NCBI RefSeq assembly: GCF_006345805.1
Contig: NC_042998.1
Span: 165,478,001-165,542,000, forward strand
DNA from: Octopus sinensis
Taxonomy: Eukaryota
Direction: 5' to 3'
Length of the DNA stretch: 64,000 nucleotides
The notes under the pieces were generated by a model. The model searched no databases and was not told the origin of the DNA. It was given only the letters and a program-made list of their open reading frames with translations. Below are positions 63,180-64,000 of this stretch, one piece after another (position 1 is the first letter of the stretch; the number at the start of each line of letters is the position of its first letter). A program made the position numbers and the translations under genes.

Positions 63180-63395
63180 GTCTTATTTATTTGTATTCAT
63201 CTGCATCTCTATCTATTCCTGTTTCTTTTATACTTCTGTATTGTAAAGACTCCTAAATTGCAAGAGTGTTACAGAATAGATTAATCATTGGTGCACTCAA
63301 CCGGAGAGAGTAACAACTGATGTTAGAAAAAGAGTGTATTAGAAATAAAGAAGACGAAAGAGAAATATAAAAAACGTAAGTCCATATATATATAT

Positions 63396-63427
<32 letters not shown>

Positions 63428-63516
63428 ATAAATGTATACATGTATAATATATATATATATATAGTACATATAATGAAGTATACGCAAAGGAATATAGATA
63501 TTTACGCAATATATCA

Positions 63517-63554
<38 letters not shown>

Positions 63555-63605
63555 ATTTTCTATTTGTATATATATATATATATATATGTACATACATAAT
63601 ATATG

Positions 63606-63674
<69 letters not shown>

Positions 63675-64000
63675 TTATACATACATGCATGGGTGCATGT
63701 GTGTGTATGTATGTACATGAATTAAAAGAAAATACAAGGAAAAATGTAAAGCTACAGAGAAATGTTAAAGAATGAATGACTGACTATCTACATAGATGAC
63801 AAAAAAGAAAAAATTTAGACAAATCAACGTGGAGATAATATTTAAGAACAAACGTGCAAAAGCTTAAATATAAGAAAATATAAGAAAACGAAAAATATTA
63901 GAAATACTGATATATTTTGAAAGAACGAAAGAATGAAATGTATAAACTGAAGGAGAAAGAAACGCAAAATACAAGTAAAGACGAAATATAATATGAAAGA

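Overview
Eukaryotic (animal) repeat-dominated DNA, not prokaryotic. The very high (TA)n/(CA)n/(TAA)n/(GATA)n load and the recurring tRNA-derived SINE families resemble octopus/cephalopod genomes (inference from recall, not a search). I can support no intact host gene; nearly all ORFs in the track are translated microsatellites. Recognisable coding remnants are all transposon-derived: several mariner/Tc1 fragments, four R4/Dong-like restriction-endonuclease LINE fragments sitting in TAA-type microsatellites, and a decayed Tx1/L1-like RT. There are also four SINE families and several MITE or fold-back elements. The standout is a 5.9-kb array (31448-37360) of a ~480-bp non-coding unit, about 11.7 head-to-tail copies plus one inverted partial copy, flanked by (TA)n. 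Every unit carries a type I hammerhead ribozyme fold (CUGAUGA / GAAA / AUA cleavage triplet), which is the architecture of a retrozyme or ribozyme-satellite that would self-process into ~480-nt monomers or circular RNAs. Eight further dispersed minimal hammerhead motifs of Penelope/retrozyme style were found by eye, several with a single core-inactivating substitution. All folds were done by hand and no activity has been tested.
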